Shown piece after piece: positions 25,444 to 30,284 of a stretch of DNA of 30,284 nt (position 1 is the first letter of the stretch; each line of letters begins with the position of its first letter). The stretch is from an uncultured Gammaproteobacteria bacterium. Its GTDB lineage: Bacteria; Patescibacteriota; Microgenomatia; Levybacterales; UBA12049. The notes beneath the pieces were generated by a model that worked only from the letters and a program-made list of their open reading frames with translations, ran no database searches and was not told the origin of the DNA. The position numbers and the translations under genes were made by a program. The stretch is from the NCBI GenBank assembly GCA_964366705.1, contig CAYIUZ010000001.1, forward strand, positions 1 to 30,284. Direction: 5' to 3'.

Positions 25444-26398
25444 ATACATAAGTCCATTCGGCAGTAAAAAATTTAGAATTTGCATATTTATTTTCTTTTT
25501 GGAGTTTTTTAAACAATTTTTTAGCTGCAGTTTCAATTATTTTGCTTCTGTCCTTTTCTTCCTGTTCTGAGGGATCTATTCCTCCAATTTCCGGTAAGAT
25601 TCCAGCCTGTAAGCGCTTGACGTTTAGAAAGTTCAGCCAATCGATGTAGCTCACTTTTATCGGTTTATGAGTGACTTTTATGTTCTTAAAACCAGCTAGT
25701 TTTAAAGAATTTAGATAATATTCAATTGGTCTCGGATCAGGGAATACCAGCTTTCGTTGTGGATACTGTTCTTTAATTCTTTTGCCTAAATTATTTTTAT
25801 ATTTTTTAAATTTATCATCAGTTTTAATTAATTCTAGTCCTAGATCATGAATTTGATTTATGGAATCATCGATTTTTAAGGCTCCGCCATTTGCTTTATT
25901 TGTAATGTTTCCACTTTGAAATACTAATGTTCCTGAGTTTTTCATTGAATCATAAAACCCTTTGAACGTCTCAGGAATGTTTGGGATAAGGTGAACTGTA
26001 TTTGCGCAAATTATGTGATTTACTGAATTTTCTCCGATAAGCTCGTTTAAAAACAAATATTTATTATTGACTTTATCAAGAATGTAAAACTCAACTTTTT
26101 TGTTTGAGTTAAGCAGCATATGTGCATGACCCAGCCAGGAGGAAGAGTTGTCTATTAGTAATAGTTTTGATAATTCTATTTTTTTTAATAAATATATGGC
26201 GGATGATCCTGTTCCTGCGCCATAATCAACCACAATATCGTTTTTTTTGATTTTGTTTTTTATTATCTTTATAAGCATAGAGATGTTATTTTTATGCCAG
26301 GAAGTGCTAGCAACTGCATTGTGGTATGCTGTAGCGCCTTTGGAGACTGGTCTATCTGGTGTCCATGGATTCGATATTAAGATTTTATTTTTTTTCAT
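25430..26398 (-). CDS. Class I SAM-dependent methyltransferase
   Basis: VVDYGAGTGSS, LIDNS, ICANTVHLI, GTLVFQSG. Start at ATG 26398; 26407 lies in the -10 box. Confidence 0.8.
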   Translation of the reverse strand: MKKNKILISNPWTPDRPVSKGATAYHNAVASTSWHKNNISMLIKIIKNKIKKNDIVVDYGAGTGSSAIYLLKKIELSKLLLIDNSSSWLGHAHMLLNSNKKVEFYILDKVNNKYLFLNELIGENSVNHIICANTVHLIPNIPETFKGFYDSMKNSGTLVFQSGNITNKANGGALKIDDSINQIHDLGLELIKTDDKFKKYKNNLGKRIKEQYPQRKLVFPDPRPIEYYLNSLKLAGFKNIKVTHKPIKVSYIDWLNFLNVKRLQAGILPEIGGIDPSEQEEKDRSKIIETAAKKLFKKLQKENKYANSKFFTAEWTYVYAEK

Positions 26399-26405
26399 TT
26401 CTAGC

Positions 26406-26434
26406 ATTGTAACAAACTAATCTACAAATTATAA
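26406..26434 (-). promoter_or_regulatory. Extended -10 promoter, leaderless geometry
   Basis: Minus strand TTATAA, 17-bp spacer ending in TGT, then TACAAT (26411-26406), 7 nt before ATG 26398. Confidence 0.55.
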
Positions 26435-26435
26435 T
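26407..26435 (+). promoter_or_regulatory. Sigma70 promoter fully overlapping the divergent promoter
   Basis: TTGTAA (26407-26412), 17-bp spacer, TATAAT (26430-26435). Confidence 0.6.
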
Positions 26436-26451
26436 ATCGTTTTAGAAGTAT

Positions 26452-27348
26452 ATGAGCAGTAAAAATAAAAAGTTTCTGTTGGTTACTGTTATAACCCCCA
26501 CTTATAACAGGGGGGATTTTTTACGAGAGACAATACTTAGTGTTTTAACTCAAGATTATCCAAATATTGAATATATAGTTTTGGATGGAAATTCAGCAGA
26601 TAGCACTAAGGAAGTGGTCAACGAATTTAAAGGAAAACTAATATTTGATGTTCATAAAAATAAGGGAGAGCAATACGCCGTAAATAAGGGTTTTAAGATG
26701 GCAAAAGGGGAGATAGTTGGAGTTGTAAATTCTGACGACCCATTGCTCCCGGGTGCGATTAAAGAAATTGTAAGTGTAATGTCTAAGAACCCACATTTAA
26801 TTGGAGCATATCCGGACTGGATTAAGATTGATAGAGGAAGTAAAGAGATCGAGAAAGTTTTCGCGCCTGACTATGATTTCACATATATGATAAAAATGCA
26901 CAAGATGATTCCAGGGCCGGGAACTTTTTTTCGAAAAAATGTTATAAAAAAACTTAAGAGAGATGAGAGATTTAAGTACGTGGGGGACTATGATTTTATA
27001 TTAAGAGCTGGACTTATAGGAGATTTTATTAGAATACCAAAATTCTTAGCAGCATTTAGGATTCATCCCGGAGCAGCAACTTTAAAAAATAAAGGCTTGG
27101 ATATGGCAATGGGGCATATACGGGTAATAAATAAAATATTCGCTTCTCCAGATCTCCCCAAAGGAGTTAAAGGGGTTAGGAGCCAAGCTTACCAAAAGGC
27201 CTGTGAGGCAGCTAGGATATGCAGGGGTGATAATTTAATCACTAAAGTTATTATTTCAATTTTAAGTCTTTATTATTCTCCGAGTAATTACATAGAGCTG
27301 CTTACCAAGTACAGAATAAAAAAAATTAAACACTTTCTTAGTAGTTAA
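26452..27348 (+). CDS. GT2 glycosyltransferase (WcaE/WfgS-like)
   Basis: VITPTYN, SVLTQDYPNIEYIVLDGNSADST, AVNKGF, VNSDD, DYDFILR. Confidence 0.88.
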   Translation: MSSKNKKFLLVTVITPTYNRGDFLRETILSVLTQDYPNIEYIVLDGNSADSTKEVVNEFKGKLIFDVHKNKGEQYAVNKGFKMAKGEIVGVVNSDDPLLPGAIKEIVSVMSKNPHLIGAYPDWIKIDRGSKEIEKVFAPDYDFTYMIKMHKMIPGPGTFFRKNVIKKLKRDERFKYVGDYDFILRAGLIGDFIRIPKFLAAFRIHPGAATLKNKGLDMAMGHIRVINKIFASPDLPKGVKGVRSQAYQKACEAARICRGDNLITKVIISILSLYYSPSNYIELLTKYRIKKIKHFLSS

Positions 27349-27362
27349 ATCTTCTGGCGTTG

Positions 27363-27391
27363 TTAACACTAAATTCATATGTTAATATAAT
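27363..27391 (+). promoter_or_regulatory. Sigma70 promoter
   Basis: TTAACA (27363-27368), 17-bp spacer, TATAAT (27386-27391). Confidence 0.55.
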
Positions 27392-27409
27392 TCACATCTT
27401 AGAAAGCAA

Positions 27410-28375
27410 ATGAAAAAACAAGAAAAGGTTTTAGTTACTGGGGCAGGCGGTTTCATAGGTCATCATTTGGCAAGATTTCTTAAAAAGAAAGGATATTTTG
27501 TAAGAGGGGTAGATATTGTATATCCAGAATTTTCCGACCTCTCAGACTTTAATGATTTTAGGATTCTTGATCTTCGGGATTTCAGAAATGCAATTGAGGC
27601 AACTGAGGGAATATCCAAGGTATACGCCCTCGCAGCCCAAAATGGGAGCATAGAATTCACTTTAACCAATAAAGCGGATTTGCTTCGTGATAATGCTCTT
27701 ATTAATCTTAATACAGCGGAAGCATCGATTCGATCTGGGGTAAAAAGATTATTATTTTCCTCTTCTGCGTGCGTTTATCCAGAGAATAGACAAACAGAAG
27801 TTGACTCAGCTCCCTTAAGAGAGAGCGATGTATATCCCGCAAATCCTGACAGTGAATATGGATGGGAGAAGTTGTTTGCTGAGAGGATGTATAAATCTTA
27901 CGAGGCAGATCATGGACTTGAAGTAAGAATTGCTCGATTTTTTAATATATATGGCCCTGAATGTTTAATTGACACACTTAGATCAAAAGCTCCCATGGCG
28001 TTAACTCGTAAAGTTATTGAAGCAGGACCTGGAGGAACCGTAAAAATCTGGGGAGATGGTAAGCAGGTTAGATCATTCTGTTATATAGACGACTGCGTAG
28101 AGGCTATTTACAAGCTCATGAATTCGAATATAAAGGACCCGGTGAACATTGGCACATCTGACCACGTTAGTATAAATGAGTTAGTAGATATCATATGTAA
28201 AATCGAAGGAATAAATGTTAAAAAAGTTCATCAGTTAAATAAGATTCAAGGTGTCAGGGGTAGACTATGCGACTATTCCAAGGCCCAAAAAGAGCTTAAG
28301 TGGAAAGCTAAGGTAACACCTCTTCATGGAATGACTGTTATTAATAAATTTGTACATAAAGAGCTTGGGAAATAA
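27410..28375 (+). CDS. GDP-mannose 3,5-epimerase-like extended SDR
   Basis: TGAGGFIG, SSACVYP (GME catalytic Cys), YGWEK (YxxxK), RFFNIYGP, SKAP (GME catalytic Lys), WGDGKQVRSFCYIDD. Confidence 0.8.
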   Translation: MKKQEKVLVTGAGGFIGHHLARFLKKKGYFVRGVDIVYPEFSDLSDFNDFRILDLRDFRNAIEATEGISKVYALAAQNGSIEFTLTNKADLLRDNALINLNTAEASIRSGVKRLLFSSSACVYPENRQTEVDSAPLRESDVYPANPDSEYGWEKLFAERMYKSYEADHGLEVRIARFFNIYGPECLIDTLRSKAPMALTRKVIEAGPGGTVKIWGDGKQVRSFCYIDDCVEAIYKLMNSNIKDPVNIGTSDHVSINELVDIICKIEGINVKKVHQLNKIQGVRGRLCDYSKAQKELKWKAKVTPLHGMTVINKFVHKELGK

Positions 28376-28405
28376 ACCTGTCCTCCGTATCTTATCGAAT
28401 GAATC

Positions 28406-30284
28406 ATGAAAACTACCCTAATTACTACGGTTCTAAACGAAGAAAAAAATATTGATAAGTTTTTTAAGTCACTGTTTCTGCAGACAATTTATCCGGATGA
28501 AGTTGTGATTGTTGATGGCGGAAGTAAGGATAAAACAGTTGAGAAAATCCAGAGTGTAATTAAAAAAAATCATAAAAAAATAGAAATAAAATTGCTTAAA
28601 AAAACAGGTAATAGATCAGTAGGCCGGAATTTTGCTATTAAAAATTCTTCAAATGAAATAATTCTTGCAACAGATTTTGGTTGCAGTCTTGATAAAAATT
28701 GGGTTAAGAATATTTCTGCACCATTTGAAGACTTGAAAGTTGACGTTGTCTCCGGATTTTATAAACCAGTTACAGGAAATATATTTAAAAAATGTTTGTC
28801 CGCATACACATGTGTAATGCCTGACAAAATAAATGAAAATGAATTCTTACCTTCTTCACGCTCAATAGCTTTTAGAAAAAAAATATGGGGGAAAAATAAA
28901 TATCCCGAGTGGCTTGATACTTGTGAGGATCTGGTATTTGCTAAAAATTTAAGAGAAAAAGGTGCAAGATTTAAGTTTGTTAAGAGTGCTGTTGTAAATT
29001 GGGAGCAGAAAAACAATCTCAGGGAAGCTTTTTTTCAATTTCTAAGTTATGCAAAAGGAGATGGGAGAGCGTTTTTCATAAGACCTCAAGTTCCTTTAAT
29101 TTATTTAAGATATTTCTTAGGTTTATATTTTCTTTTTCTCTGTATTCTTGAAAGATCTTGGCAATTATTGATCATCTTCCCTATTTTAATTTGCTTATAT
29201 TTTTTGTGGGCAATAAAAAAGAATTATAAATATGTAAATAATAAAAAAGCATTTTTAATTCTTCCTCAGCTTCAAATAACTTCTGATATCGCTGTTTTGA
29301 TTGGGACTACATATGGAATGGTTAGGAGAATAAGCCTTGAGAAAATTATCAATATCTTTAAAGATAATAAATTCTTAATTTTTATATTAGCTATCTATGT
29401 TTTTCTGTTGTTTTTAACGCTTGATTATGGAATTCCGAATAAATTCCATCCGTTTCCTTATCACATGGATGAGTGGCACCAACTGCAAGCAGTTAGATCT
29501 ACATTCGCATATGGAACACCAAATGTAGAGGGGTCTGCAAATGGTACTATGCTTCATTTTATTTTATCCGGTTTTTACCTAATCCCTTTTACTCTGTTAG
29601 GAATAATTAATCCCTTTGAGTTAAGAATTGATGATCTTATTGCAAGACAAAATATTTTTATTTTGTTAAGACTTAATACGATTATTTGGGGAATTTTATC
29701 AATAATTTTAGTTTATAAAATAGCAGATTTGTTAAAAATTCCAAAGCGATTAGCTGTAACACTTTTTACTTTTAATCCACTCTGGCTAATGTTAAGCGGG
29801 TACTTTAAATATGATGTTGCGTTAATGTTTTTTATACTTTTATCTTTATTATTTCTATATAGGTTTTCTAAAAACCCAACGGGTATTAACTTTGTGATAG
29901 CAGGAGTTCCAATCGGAATGGCTCTTTCAGTAAAGATTAGTGTTTTATCTTTAATCCCAATTTATCTTCTCTCATATTTAATGTTTCATAAAGAAAAAAT
30001 TAAAAACATAAAGCATTTAATATTTGGATTTTTTGTCATTTTATTTACTGCAATTATATTTGGATTTCCAGATACTTTATTTGGGACAGGGAATATTTAT
30101 AAGTATCTTTATGAAAATTTAGTTATATTTCCAAGCGCTACAGAGAATATTAGAGAGGGAAGTAATCTACTTCTTTATGTTTTTATAAAGCATTATTCAA
30201 TAATTTTTGGTCCTGGAGTTTTATTTCTTTTTTTCGTGTCTTTATTTTTATTGATCTATTCAAGCTTTAAGTCTGGAATAGAAA
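28406..30284 (+). CDS. Fusion: GT2 glycosyltransferase + GT-C (ArnT/PMT-like) membrane domain; 3' end outside the window
   Basis: Missing from the ORF track. Hand translation from ATG 28406 is open to the window end (626 codons): MKTTLITTVLNEE, IVDGGSKDKT, GRNFAI, ATDFG, CEDLVF, then TMs, PYHMDEWHQ (29465-29476 = MDEW), YFKYD, SVK and more TMs. Confidence 0.85.
   Translation, partial: MKTTLITTVLNEEKNIDKFFKSLFLQTIYPDEVVIVDGGSKDKTVEKIQSVIKKNHKKIEIKLLKKTGNRSVGRNFAIKNSSNEIILATDFGCSLDKNWVKNISAPFEDLKVDVVSGFYKPVTGNIFKKCLSAYTCVMPDKINENEFLPSSRSIAFRKKIWGKNKYPEWLDTCEDLVFAKNLREKGARFKFVKSAVVNWEQKNNLREAFFQFLSYAKGDGRAFFIRPQVPLIYLRYFLGLYFLFLCILERSWQLLIIFPILICLYFLWAIKKNYKYVNNKKAFLILPQLQITSDIAVLIGTTYGMVRRISLEKIINIFKDNKFLIFILAIYVFLLFLTLDYGIPNKFHPFPYHMDEWHQLQAVRSTFAYGTPNVEGSANGTMLHFILSGFYLIPFTLLGIINPFELRIDDLIARQNIFILLRLNTIIWGILSIILVYKIADLLKIPKRLAVTLFTFNPLWLMLSGYFKYDVALMFFILLSLLFLYRFSKNPTGINFVIAGVPIGMALSVKISVLSLIPIYLLSYLMFHKEKIKNIKHLIFGFFVILFTAIIFGFPDTLFGTGNIYKYLYENLVIFPSATENIREGSNLLLYVFIKHYSIIFGPGVLFLFFVSLFLLIYSSFKSGIE

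Noticed and set aside
9351-26451. Shufflon or site-specific invertible cassettes as the cause of the strand alternation
   Set aside because: I found no shared inverted repeats at the six junctions and no recombinase in the window. The TTGTAGA(A)TTAG similarity between 13924 (+) and 26427 (-) is short and promoter-like.
19-29016. Short 61-93 aa ORFs in the track that overlap longer genes (e.g. 19-273, 593-829, 1122-1346, 4908-5135, 13191-13382, 18798-19079, 24734-24946, 28759-29016)
   Set aside because: They are antisense or alternate-frame shadows of well-supported genes and have no recognisable motifs.
6127-30284. Phase-variable simple sequence repeats
   Set aside because: The longest runs I noticed are A/T8 (e.g. 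10617-10624, 15711-15718, 26388-26395), expected in this AT-rich DNA. No long G/C tracts and no frameshifted genes.
1-30284. Alternative genetic code, CRISPR array, prophage, transposase, integrase, introns, canonical parS
   Set aside because: ORFs are full length under code 11 with TGA used as stop. No repeat-spacer array, mobile-element gene, interrupted gene or TGTTNCACGTGAAACA match was seen by eye.

Overview
AT-rich bacterial chromosome segment using genetic code 11 (TGA acts as stop). Gene content and style suggest a Patescibacteria/CPR genome, possibly Microgenomates; this is inference only. Bases 1-6121 are housekeeping: 5'-truncated ileS (type 2), rodA, rplU, rpmA, an orphan parB, lepB and tRNA-Val(CAC). 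From 6127 to the window end (24 kb, still open) is a surface-glycosylation locus of 22 genes in seven blocks of alternating orientation. It encodes four GT-C-type membrane proteins, soluble GT2/GT4 enzymes, two fusion genes (GT2-methyltransferase and GT2-GT-C), an FnlA/RmlD-like/FnlC trio for an L-6-deoxy-HexNAc, a GDP-mannose 3,5-epimerase-like enzyme and five SAM methyltransferases, two of them NDP-sugar C-methyltransferases. It also holds a thiolase + acetoacetyl-CoA-reductase-like pair (PhaA/PhaB-like, no PhaC in the window) converging on a CE4 deacetylase + LbetaH acyltransferase operon. The best candidate for an undescribed system is a glycan acyl-remodelling (3-hydroxybutyrylation) module acting on branched or methylated sugars delivered by GT-C enzymes. 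Other leads: a ParB lacking the canonical parS-reading Arg, followed by twin 17-bp palindromes; an L27-like uORF; structured r-protein leaders; and repeated sigma70 promoters placed for leaderless mRNAs. All family calls are motif recognition from memory; no database search was run.
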